From NCBI GenBank assembly GCA_047495785.1, contig JBLDXI010000009.1, forward strand, positions 4,216,001-4,280,000: a DNA stretch of 64,000 nt, in the 5' to 3' direction. Below, one piece after another: positions 13,518 to 25,942 of this stretch (the stretch's first letter is position 1; every line of letters begins with the position of its first letter). A program made the position numbers and the translations under genes. Source of the DNA: Lepidodermella squamata. Its lineage: Eukaryota; Animalia; Gastrotricha. The notes under the pieces are model-generated. The model saw nothing but the letters and a program-made list of their open reading frames with translations, was not told where the DNA came from and searched no databases.

Positions 13518-16254
13518 TTACTTCACGCGGAATTCAATTGCTTGAAATGAATAGGCGTTTCCAAAGTAGTAGTTAGAAGCAATTCCTGCAGCGCCATACC
13601 CGGTTACATCGCTCACGTAGCCGTAAAAGTATTTTCCAAAGGGGTTGCTGCAAGTTAGCGAATTCACATATCTCAATATCGCGTCAATGATTCGTTAAAC
13701 TTACAAGAAATGGCATGGTGAACCATTTGTCCAAATCGGACCGTTGTAATTGTTAATGCAGCTGGTGACATCGCTGCCTATTGCTCGAAATCCTCGGCTG
13801 TTGAACGAAGATACAGGATCACCTGAAAGAGAAATACCATTACTTCACGTCCTGCTATACATTTAAAATACCCGTGAACCCAGAAGAAGACGTGAAACCG
13901 CTTGAAGTGAACACAAAGCTAGTCGGAGCTCCAACCGAAAAAGAAGTGTAACGAGCAAAGCCCTTGCTACCATCGCGTTCCCAGGGCCAGAACAAAATGA
14001 CCAGTTCCTTCGGCCGCGCAGCTGGCGCTAGCCGGTAAAGATTGTTCAGACCAATGAAAAATTCACCGCTTGGATCGCCAATGTAGAGTCTCATACTATC
14101 GAGTGTTTGGCGTATGAAAAGCTTCTCATTACTTCCATCTTTACGACGCATGATCACAGTGTAGCCTCCTCCACCGCCCGCGAGACTGTCTCCGACCATG
14201 TCGCACCAAACGTCGAAGAAGGGCGTGACTCCATCGGGGGAAATCTGATAGACTCCCGATCTTCTCTCGCCTTTTGCGAAAGCATCTGCGCACGATGAGT
14301 AGTTCAGCGTTCGGCATTGTGGTGTCCATCGCTGTATGGCGCTGCAAGTTGTAAAGCACTGCTGGGATAGTGGTCTAGTACAAGGATTGTTTAGATCGCA
14401 AGACTGCTGCTTGCTTAAATACGTCACGGGGCTGTTGCCAGGGTCCATGGAGACGAAGTAATTACCCTCCGAGCATATCGGCGATTTATCCAATGCGGTG
14501 ACGCTTAGCAAGACGCATCGTTGATCAATTTTGAAGTAGTTAAGGCTTTCGCAGCCAGCAGTTGCACTACACCGAGCCACACAGCGGTTCAGAGAGATGT
14601 TTCCTGTTATTTCCTGTAAAACATCGGCAGCAACTGTCGGCAGAACATAGTCCAACACGATTTTGCCAGAATTAGCATTCGTCATGCCGCAATCAACTCC
14701 GGTGTAGTTACCACTGCAGGAGCAGATATTAGGGCCCAAGCAACTTCCTCCATTCAAACAAATCTGGGAACATACAGCTGAAAAAATATTGAATTCACGT
14801 GGATTAATAACTTCGGATATCAAGGATTACGCGTATTGCACGTTGGCCCACTATAGCCGGGGGAACATTCACATGCTGGAGAAGAATCATCACTGTTACA
14901 TCGACCAAAAGCGCATGGAGGATTGCAAGAGTCTCTTGAATAGAACTTGATATCGAAGACATCAGTTGTCTCACTTCGATAGCTGTTGTAAGCTGTCATT
15001 CCGAAATAAACCGGCTGCGGGATAGCTGAAAGGTCGATCGCCTGACCAGTTGGGAAATATGTGGCGCAGCTTGTTACATTGCACATTTGAATCTAAGCAG
15101 GAAAAATTGAATATCTAATCATGACGTCCCTAGAAGAAATCGGATCAAACTGATGTGAGTTTACTGTCCCGGAACTCCAGTCCGTATTGCCACTTTTGAC
15201 GCCAAAACTGTCCACCAACAGTCGTGGTATTGAATAATATTGCGTTGACGCCACCACTCGAGCAGGTAGAATGAGCTTGTATGGTTGTAGTGTATTGAAC
15301 CTTGAATAAACCGACCCATGGGACCGTGTTTACAGTCACTCCTATTCTGTGACTATTGGATTTGCAGTTCAGCTCCCCTAAACAAAATTGAATTAACCTT
15401 CGCACTTGGACTACATCTTCAGGCAACCATTTGGGCGAGAAACAGTAAGACCGCTGACGAATTCAAGTGTGAAATGCGTGGAACCGTTGCTAGGTGTAGA
15501 GCGTCCAATGTCGAACGTTATGTTCACGTTGAAGTCTCGCAATCCAGAGATAGGCTATGATTTCCGAAATGTCAAACTGTAACTGATTATCTCGCAATAA
15601 AGTTACCGTTTTCGCGTAGGCCAAGCTATCAGATAACTTTGTCGATTTCCAAGTTAAGCGTAAGGAGTTAATCGTTGGCTCTAAGCCTGCTGCATCGTAC
15701 AGGTCGTAATTACCTATGAAAAGATTGAATTTAAACAAAATAACGATCTCACTACATTTCTTCTTTCTCACTGAAATTCCCGTTTTCTAAACTGAACGCT
15801 GGAATTGTGCTTGTTGAAGGATCTCTCCAGGTGGTCGCTGAAATAATCAAAGCAAATCGAAAGACTTTTAACAAATGTCGATTTTCTTACAAGACTCGCA
15901 ATTCGCTCCAGTCCATCCTGGCAGGCAGGTGCAAGTATTGACATCTGTACACATTGCGTTGAGGGGACAATCGGGACTGCAAGTTGCCGCTGATTGAGAA
16001 AGTTAAAACCAGCAGTTTGAAAAGCTGATTAAACTAACCCGTGCCACAAGTCGGTCCTGCCCAGCCGCCAATGCAAGCGCAAGTGTCTGTGTCAATGCAT
16101 GTTCCATAATTTTCGCACGGGAGAGTGCACGCTATAGATTAACATTGGAATAAAAGAAGCTTCGCAATCATTGAATGTCTATACTCTGAGCTGCAGCTTC
16201 TTTCGGGAGGATTAGATTAACGACCACCAATTGTAGAACGAACGATAACTTCAT
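13518..16254 (-). CDS. EGF/L-type lectin/PAN/FReD protein, copy C (multi-exon)
   Basis: Signal MKLSFVLQLVVVNLILPKEAAAQ (ATG 16254); lectin-like SLRLTW and DLSAIPQPVYFGMTA; PAN RCVARCSATAGCESLNYFKIDQRCVL; FReD; ends EFRVK* at 13518. Confidence 0.88.
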
Positions 16255-16508
16255 TGTTAAACCTAAATTATAAAGTATCAACGATAGATCGGTTTCTGAC
16301 CTTTTTGATGCCTGAATTACTGATAAGCTACGAGCTTCATCCTTTCCAGCTGAAAACATCGACTTCGTAGCTTGAAATATTAACCACATATTATGTATCA
16401 TCCCTATCAATAATATATCACCAAACGTCCAGGCGCAATACGCGAAAAGTTAAACAAGCGATACATTTTACTTCATCAAAGTTGACTATATGACTAATTA
16501 AATAGCGT

Positions 16509-19235
16509 TCAAACCCGCGTCTCTTCGAACTGGTCCAATCGAAGCTTCATTTTACGTTCGACCGCGAGAATAGGATTCATTGAAATGGTTCTTAAAAGCT
16601 GCCATTTGAACCTCAAACACTTCGATCGACGGTCTCTCTGCTCAATATCGTGATAGATACGATCCAATTCTGACTTGAAAACCATACTATGTATGTCTTT
16701 GCTTGATACCGATTGGCACGTTGAGCAACCTATTTCGAGCGTTCTTAGCCTTGCACTTAGCATCTGCCGTTCAAGGTTAAGTTGTCGTATTCTGTCGACG
16801 ACAATGTTGACAAAAGTTACAACAGTTGGGTTGAGGTGGTTGTTTTCCAAATGAATCAACGCTTGATAGGCGCTGAAACCCGTGTCAAACATTTTAAGGC
16901 GCGGGCTGATGGTTGGTATGTCGAGTCTTGAAAAAATAACCGCTCCTACAACCACGGCTAAAACTATTCGAAGCAGGGCGCTTGCAACCCCGATGAAGAG
17001 GTTTTGGAAGAATGCCACATAGGCGTAGTTTGAGTAGCAGCGGGCATTATTAACAGCAACGATCCTACTGAATGGATTTGACGTGAAAACGAAAGTCGCA
17101 AATAGCATTTCAATGATTGCAATTCCAATAGTCACGCCTAGAACTGGACTATACAAAAATAAAGCTGGTAAAGGTTCTGCTTCAAGAGCTGGAAATTCGC
17201 TCACAGTAGAGATAACACTTGAACAATAATCCATTGCCCATAGCCATAGATCAAAGGGATTACTAATACAACCCCAATAACTGAGCCAATCAAGGTGAAG
17301 ACGAAAAGCTGGATGATGATAGCCCATGCGAACATCACGGATTGCAAGCCAATGAATTGAATAGCTCCGCCGATTATTCCTTGACAAGACAGAGCAGCTG
17401 GATGATCAATATTCTGATATTGCCCTCGATGAGCGCGTAGACGGTCGTTTCTAGAAGGTAATCGAATGTTAGGCAATTAAAAAAATGGATCGAAAAACCT
17501 GTAAGAGATCATAAGATGAGTCAACAGGTAAACTTGAAGTGAAGCCACGAGGCAGAGTGATGCCAAATTGCTATCTATAAATGCGATCGATTATAAAAAG
17601 CACGCTACGATGTCTCGAAACACTCACAGTACAAGCACCAGCAATGACCTGCGGCAATATCGCGAATCCATTTCACTACAAAGAGTTGAAGCTGTATGGT
17701 ATTTTGTTTTTATGTAATTGGAGCTATACCTTTCATTTCCACTTCTTCCACTGAATAATTTGATGTATTTGTGATGAGCACTTGCATCAGTGGGATCGAT
17801 AGTACAATCTTTATGGACATGTCAACTAATTCCGCAAGTAGTGGCAGCAGGTAAGTTCCGATAAACGCCAGGATATTTGCATCGATTAATATAATCTAGC
17901 AACATCGAATCTAAATAGGCAATTTCTTCGTCTTAGAGGGACTTACGTGATAGACAAAAATGCCACTGACAACTGCAGTGGAGATCATCACATGGGAGTA
18001 TCTGAAGTCTGCGATGATTTCAGATTTATTTCAGCTAAAGCTCAGCCAAACTTACAAGGCACAGCTTTGTAGAAAGCCAGCTTATCAAACAATTTGGCAA
18101 CCCCTTTGAGTGGCTGATCTGGAATCGCTTTCTTGAAAAGCTCTTGCACATACTTAGCTTCAGCAGTCTTCTTGAAGTCCAGTTCAGAATACAACGTTGA
18201 ATAGCTTGAGGCGAGCTTTAGATGGAAGAATCGAAACAATCCTGTGGCTAGTCTGTAAGGCAGAGCTATCGATAGGAAGCCCATTGATAGAAACGGGAAT
18301 GCAAGGCTGAATGTTTTGAGAATTATTTCAGTTGTCTGAAAATGCGAAAATATTTATGTCGATCTTTGGATCAAAGTCAATATTCGATTAGAGGGAGGTT
18401 GGGGCATAAGAAACTCGTATGGGGATATAGAATGGGATATGTAGAGTTTGGTTAAACAGCTCTAACTAACGTCGCTCATTCCTCCCGTTACATCGGCGTG
18501 GACTATTTCCTTGAGGATATCGGATCCTCTCACAACGGTAATACTCCAAACCCATGCAGTAGCGATAAAATAACCCACTGTTGTATCCGTGGACATTCCA
18601 GCAATGACAGGAAAGTAAATAATTGCGAAAATGGCGACGTTTATCATCACTATAATGGGATCTAGCCAGTCATCAACGCAGTCTGTGCTAATGAAGAGAT
18701 TTGAAGGCCGCGTAACAATGCGAATTCCTTCGTACGTAACCATTGCCCAAAAAGCGGCGTAGAAAAATCTCATACGACAAGGCTCCAAGATAGGGTATGG
18801 CTTTAAAATTCCAGGCCGACCGTCGCATATCATAATACACTTAGTCGCTCTTCTTTGAAGTAGAGTGAGGGCTATTACGCAGCTCGAAGCTGCTATTAGG
18901 AGAATAGTCGACGGCATCGAGTCTGGTGTTAACGTGAACTGTTTTTTCGCGCATTCTTTCGCCTTTTTTATAGCCTCGGCTGTTTCGTTTTTAGAAGCTG
19001 ATGTTTCATTTGTAACATTTGAAATTGCTGCCATGAGCTGCATAAGTATTTTCGCAGTGATTTTGCCAGACACGCCCACCATCTCTTCAATGTCCTGCAT
19101 GTTAACCGTGTAGTTGAATCCATTCTTCTTGGATAAATATGATAACGGCTCAATCTTCGTTGTTGCGGCATCGAAGTGCTCATGAGGAGTTGAATTCGGA
19201 TATGTAGAGTTTAGATATCCCTCGTCCTCTGGCAT
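16509..19235 (-). CDS. STRA6-like: STRA6/RBPR2-like multi-pass membrane receptor, copy 1
   Basis: QRR..CDGRPGILKP after TM1 (cf. STRA6 RRR..RGRPGLPSP); RLD..FDTGFSAYQALIHLENNHLNPTVVTF (cf. LDPGY.TY..FL..E..HP...F); C-terminal RFKWQLLRTISMNPILAVERK (cf. W.L.YTL..NP.L...RK). Multiple hydrophobic segments. Start MPEDEG is provisional. Confidence 0.85.
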
Positions 19236-20258
19236 CGAGAATCGCAGCAAGGTATTTTCTGAAATTAAAACAAAGATTGAAAAATCTATTGTACTAAAGC
19301 CTATCTGTCCTCATTGAATGAAACCAGCGAGATCTAGGTACAGTGCCCTCGATAAAAGCACTGGGTCGGAAGCCAGATCCTGTCTTTTAACAAGGGAAAG
19401 CTACAACGTGGGCTTTAATTGAATGCAGGAGCTGAAAATAGACCGCTGCTGCGTTAAGACAGTTGCCATGGCAATGTACAGGGAAATTAAGACACGCAAT
19501 TAGATGGTCGAATGACGCTGCATCGAGAGTGTTTTTCACGAGAAAAATCGATGAAGCTACATTTTTTTGTTATTGAGGCTGCAGGTAGAATACACGGCGC
19601 TGAATCGGTGATTTAGGCCATAAATATGTATTTATATGAACGAATATTTCATATGACATGTCTTCAATGTCTCAGAAAACAGGACCTCTGGTAGCTTTAT
19701 TTGGGAAGATCAGCGGATATAGCGAATGCTAGAATAAGTGGAAAGCAAAGTTTTCAGTACTTTCATTTGGGCAAGGTTGCCTAAATCTGCATGAAAAAAA
19801 TTTCACTTTTTTGAACGCTTGTCATTCCTTAACCACATTGTGACGGCAAAATGGTTTCTCAAGAAAAATCTGAAAATGTAAACTTGTCGTTCTTGCAGCA
19901 AAACCTGCTCATTTTTCGCCTTCTATTCTCATTTATCAAGCCATCCTCGAATATAAAAATTCAGCCTATAATACCTATTGTAAGATTTTATCTTGCGACA
20001 CAATTTCGGCGTCACTATGCGTGAGGTTTCCGGGCTCATATTTTGAACATAAACAGTCAGAACCCATTCCAGTAAGCTCACAAAATCTCATGAGCCAATT
20101 CCTCACCGTTAAAAGGCCATCGTTGCTGAAAGTAAAAAAAGGCAACAAATTAAAATCACTCCCAAGCGTTATCAAGCCGCCTGATGTCTCTCTGATCGTT
20201 ACTTTCGCGTTAGGATTCGCTCAAATTTTTCTATTTTTCTACGTGGTGTCCCCTACCA

Positions 20259-21203
20259 TCTGGTGTCCCACAGGGACCAGTGCTGGGGCCTTTGTTATTT
20301 CTTAATTTTTTAATCGTAACTTCGCCGACGACACGAAATTATTCAAAATTATTGAATCTCAAGATGACTGTGAGAAACTGCAGGAAGATCTAAATAACAC
20401 TTGTAGGTGGTTTGAACAGCATGGTCTCTCTATTAACTCGTCAAAGTCTTGCGTTTTACGTTTACACTGTAAATTCAATTTTAATTATCGTATCGGTTCG
20501 CAAGAAATTGACGTTGTTGATTTTACTCGTGATTTAGGCATAATTGCTGACAAAAAATTATACTTCAGAGTTCACTGCGATAGCCTTAAAACAAAATTAG
20601 ACAATGTGGATTGATTTGTAGAGCCTTTACTAATACTTCCGTCAGACTAGAAGCCTACCGTGTGTATGTCCTTCCTATAATCGATTACTGTTCATCCGTA
20701 TATTTACCATACTTGCTTACTGTCATAGAATCACTAGAAAAATTACAATTTAATTTTCTTAAAAGAGCCTATAATATACCTCGCCACTCCCATATTACTT
20801 ATGCGAGTGTTTATCGAAACGTAGTAGATTGGACTCCTTGGAAAAGCGTCGCTTTAAAAATGATTTGAAATTGACTTATAAGCTGTATCATCACTTCTAT
20901 GATGTCAATTTTGACGACTTCTATGAATTTTCGAAATCGAATTACGCTAGCGAACACCGACTTAGACCTTCCAAGTGTAAACGCGACTGCAAGAAATATT
21001 TTTTTAACAGAAGAACTATTAATTATTGGAAAAAACTACCTGCTGACGTCGTTTCTGCCTCTTTACTTGTTTTCAAAGAATATCCTAATGTCGACTGTAA
21101 TTTAGACAAATATCTTTTATCCTCAGTGAGTCGCCTGGCTGGCTAATTGCATACGCATGAAAATTGCACTTGCGATAACGAATAAATAAAATAAAATAAA
21201 AAA
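20259..21203 (+). mobile_element. 5'-truncated, degenerate CR1-clade LINE (RT C-terminal half plus 3' tail)
   Basis: SGVPQGPVLGPLLFL, FADDTKLF, RDLGII, IDYCSSVY, LDSLEKRR, FFNRRTINYWKKLP; frameshifted; ends in an (AATAA)n tail at 21181-21203. Confidence 0.9.
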
Positions 21204-21247
21204 TGTCCGATTGATTGTCGAGTCGCTGGACATGGCTCGGAAGTTGT

Positions 21248-22010
21248 CTGATTCTGATTCTGATTCTGATTTTATTATGCATTTTGTTTCACAACAGTTA
21301 GCAATAGGTTAGTTCTCGGCGCCTCACCTCAGAGGTCGTAAAATCTGCTAGTTCATCCGGTTTAGATTTACGATATCGCAGAAACGCAGTATGAGAATTA
21401 TTGACTATACTTGTGAACAGTCGGTTCGAAGCTGCGCGCCCACGCCTTGTAAAGCTGAACTGAGAGCTCAGATGTTCAAATCGCTTCATCACAACAGCAT
21501 GAGATGGTAAACGGGGATTTGAAGATATTTCGAAGAATGTCGAAAAGCTAGCATCCACGTAGCCTAGGTACATATTATGGCATAGCGCAAGGAAGCGTCC
21601 TCTAGAAAGAGGACACAGTCCTAGTTTTTTTTACATCTTCCATAGTACGAGGCACCTTCAACCGATGAATAGTAGTCACTTCTATACAACAGGCGTTTTG
21701 TGAACCGGGCTTAAACAGCCTCCAGCTTATCAATGTCTGTTAAGTGATACGGTGAGTAGACCGAAGATCTAAAATCCAGCTGTAAGAGAGTGTTTTGTAC
21801 GCTTTTAAGCGGAGAGACTTTTCGATGCGAATGATATTTGCATGTTACGCCATTAATCCTTCGGCAACGTGTAGACAACGCATTGCAGTGCTCAGAGAAC
21901 GTAAGGTGTTTATCAACGATAATTCCGAGATCTTTAACTGAATCGACAACGTTTAGCTCAACATCTTTCACTTTGCACTGATGATCCAAAGCTCTGATCA
22001 GTAATACACG
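21248..22010 (-). mobile_element. Second CR1-clade LINE remnant, opposite strand
   Basis: VDSVKDLGIIVDKHLTFSEH, SSVYSPYHLTDIDKLEAV*ARFTKRL; ends in an (AATCAG)n-type tail at about 21248-21272. The 5' limit is approximate. Confidence 0.85.
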
Positions 22011-22864
22011 GTTACATTAGATCTCGTCTGTGATTCATTTTTACTCTACCCAGTCGGAAAGCAGTTGACCGATAATCGATGTGGAGATTCGATCACAGCT
22101 ATAGGCCGTGGCGACCATTAAAACAGCCCGAGTCATGTTAACTGCGACTATACATATAGATCTAAGCTCTTCGATCGCCCCCTGGGTTCAGGCTCAGACA
22201 AGTCTTCGTCATTATTCAACACATTTAATTACTCATCGCAGGTTTAGCCACTTAAACTTATATCGATTGGTTAAATGATTTGTCTGACATTTTAAGCTTC
22301 TCCAATTTTCATCGACTAAACTGCAATTTAGCAACTTTTTTCTTGACTCTGAAATTTTTTTTATAATTTTTGGTCGAAAACTTTTGCCTCGCAGTTATCG
22401 AAGATTTCTTTTCGAGATTATTGATTATTTCGAGAAACAGGAGCCTTACTTCAATTCTGGACCCATTGCTCGCAGCTTCTATCCAGTTAGAATTCGGTCG
22501 TGAAGGCACAGGATTGAAAATATTTTATTATAGTTAAAAGACGCCAGTTGGCGTACTATTTCAAGGTTTTGAGGCTTTCAGGTCGCCTAGCGGTGGGAAA
22601 CCCACGGCTACACATGGATTTTTATCAATTTCATGATACGCTCGACTGTTCTCTACGAGGTAAACCGAAAATTACATGGTAACATCCACAAAAGCGCAGT
22701 AAATTTGTAGGCCATTTGTCAAGTGCATTCATTTCTTTCATACAGAATGCGGGCTGAGTATACCTTATAATATTATGTGTGCGTAATACCAGCATGCTAT
22801 ATATACTTTTATGTTTCGCCGAGATTTTCTTCATCAAAATCGACTATGATTAATTAAATAGCGT

Positions 22865-25606
22865 TCAGACCCGCGTCTCTTCGAACTGATCCAATCGAAG
22901 CTTCATTTTTCGTTCGACCGCTAGAATAGGATTCATTGAAAGGGTTCTTAAAAGCTGCCATTTGAACCTCAAACACTTTGATCGACGGTCTCTATCAGCA
23001 ATATCATGATGAATGCGATCTAATTCCGTCTTGAAAACGTTAATACATATGCTCTCGCCTGAAACTGGTTTGCACGGTAAGCAGCCCATTTCGAGTTTTT
23101 TCACCCTTGCACTTAGCATCTGCCGTTCAAGGTTAAGTTGTCGTATTCTGTCGACGACAATGTTGACAAAAGTTACAACAGTTGGGTTGAGGTGGTTGTT
23201 TTCCAAATGAATCAACGCTTGATAGGCGCTGAAACCCGTGTCAAACATTTTAAGGCGCGGGCTGATGGTTGGTATGTCGAGTCTTGAAAAAATAACCGCT
23301 CCTACAACCACGGCTAAAACTATTCGAAGCAGGGCGCTTGCAACCCCGATGAAGAGGTTTTGGAAGAATGCCACATAGGCGTAGTTTGAGTAGCAGCGGG
23401 CATTATTAACAGCAACGATCCTACTGAATGGATTTGACGTGAAAACGAAAGTCGCAAATAGCATTTCAATGATTGCAATTCCAATAGTCACGCCTAGAAC
23501 TGGACTATACAAAAATAAAGCTGGTAAAGGTTCTGCTTCAAGAGCTGGAAATTCGCTCACAGTAGAGATAACACTTGAACAATAATCCATTGCCCATAGC
23601 CATAGATCAAAGGGATTACTAATACAACCCCAATAACTGAGCCAATTAAGGTGAAGACGAAAAGCTGGATGATGATAGCCCATGCGAACATGACAGATTG
23701 AAAGCCCATAAACCGAATAGCTCCGCCGATTATTCCACGACCAGACAGAGCCGATGGATAGTCAATGATCTCAAATTGACCTCGATGAGCTCGCATACGG
23801 TCGTTTCTATAAAATGGCTATCCAATTGTGTGATATTTCGAAAAAGGGTTCGAGAAACCTGTAAGAGATCATGAGGTGAGTCAATAGGTAAACTTGAAGT
23901 GAAGCCACGAGGCAGAGTGATGCCAAATTGCTATCTAAATGAGCTCGATTATTTTTAAGTAGGCTAAGATGTCGCGAAACACTCACAGTACAAGCACCAG
24001 CAATGACCTGCCGCAATATCGTGAATCCATTTCACTATACATAGAGTTACAGCTATACGGCATTTTGCCATTGCATTTAGTTGAAGCATTACCTGTCGTC
24101 TCCACCTCTTCTACTGTGTAGTTTGACGTCTTTGTGATGAGCGCTTGCATCATTGGGATCGATAGTACAAGCTTTATCGACATGTCAACGAATTCCGCAA
24201 GTTTTGGCAGCACGTAGGTTCCGATAAAGACCAGAAAATATGCATCGATAAAGATTATCTGATCGAATTTAATCTGAAATCAAAGCTATTTTGACTGAGT
24301 GGAACTTACGTAATAGACGAAAATACCACCGACAACTGCAGTAGAGATCATCACATGGGAGTATCTGAAGTCTGAGATAAATTTAGATGTATTGCAGCAA
24401 AATTTAACCCAAACTTACAAGGCACAACTCTGTAGAAAGTCAGCATATCAAACAATCTGGCAAATCCCGAAGGCGGCTGCTCTGGATGTGGTTTCTTGAA
24501 AAGCTGTTGGACATATTTAGCTTCAGCAGTATTTTTGAAGTCCAGTCCTGAATGCAACGTTGAATAGCTTGAGGCGACCTTTTGATGGAAGAATCGATAC
24601 AATCCTGTGGCTAGTCTGAAAGCCAGAGCTATCGAAAGGAAGACCATTGATAGAAACGGGAGAGCAAGGCTGAATGTTTTGAGAACGATCTGAGTTGTCT
24701 AAAAATGCGGAAATATTTATGTAAACCGGATGTTCAGTTAACATTAGAGAGGGTATTGGGGCTTGGGGCCCCCGAGAGACTTGTAGAATGGGAGATATGG
24801 AGTTTGGTAAAACAGGTTTAACTAACTTCATTCAATCGTCCCTTTCCATCGGCGTAGACTATTTCCTTGATGATATCGGATCCTCTCACAATGGTAATAC
24901 TCCAAACCCATGCTGTAGCGATGAAGTAACCCATTGTTGAATCCGTGGACATTCCAGCGATGATAGGAAAGTAGATTATCGCGAAAATTGCAACGTTTAT
25001 CAACACTATTATTGGTTTTAGCCAGTTATCAAAGCAGTCTGTGCTGATGAAAAGATTTGAAGGTTGCGTAACAATGCGAACTCCTTCGTACGTAACCATT
25101 GCCCAAAAAGCGGCGTAGAAAAATATCATTCGACAAGGCTCCAAGACAGGATATGGCTTCAGAATTCCGGGCCGGCCGTCGCAAATCAAAATACACTTAG
25201 TCGCTCTTCTTTGAAGTAGAGTGAGGGCTATTACGCAGCTCGAAGCTGCTACTAGAAGGATGGTCGATGGCATCGAGTCTGATGTGAGCTTGAACTGATT
25301 TTTCGCGCATTCTTTCGCCTTTCGTATTGCATCTGCTGTTTCGTTTTTAGCAGCCGAAGTTTCATCGGAAGTGTTGAAGTTTGTAGCATTCGAAAACGAT
25401 GCCATGATCTGGAGAAATATCTCCGCGGTGATTTTGCAAGCTACGTCCACCATCCCATCATTTCCCTGCATGTTGAATAGGCCGTTGAATCCGTCTTCAT
25501 CTGATAAATAAGACAAGGGAACAACTGTCGTAGTTGCGGCACTGGCGTACTCATCAGGGGTCGAATCTTGGTATGTTAAGTTGAGATTTTCCTCGCCCTC
25601 TAGCAT
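22865..25606 (-). CDS. STRA6-like: STRA6-like receptor, copy 2
   Basis: Closest paralog of copy 1, with the same motifs and intron positions; start MLEGEE. Confidence 0.85.
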
Positions 25607-25942
25607 CGAGTATAGAAACAAGATTTTTTCTCAAATCAAAAAACCTCGCAGATTCAAAAAATCTAGTATTGTACTATAGCCTATCTGTCCTCATTCTAGC
25701 ATGATGTAGGTAGAGGGAAAATAAGGCACGCAATTAGATGGTCAAATTACACTGCATTGCGAGAAAAATCGATGAAGCCTTATTTTTTCCGTTATAGAGG
25801 CAGCAGGTAACATGCACATCTGTGAACCGGTTATTTGGGGCTTACTTAAGTTTTATAAACGAATATTCCAAGCTATATGCTTTGCTCTGTTATTTATTCC
25901 AGTAACTTTTCAAGTTTATGTAAGATATGCTCATTTTCCTCT

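Noticed and set aside
19975-20250. ORF with TLGSDFNLLP resembling the LINE endonuclease GDFN motif, inverted relative to the adjacent RT
   Set aside because: A single degenerate motif; cannot support a 5' inversion without alignment.
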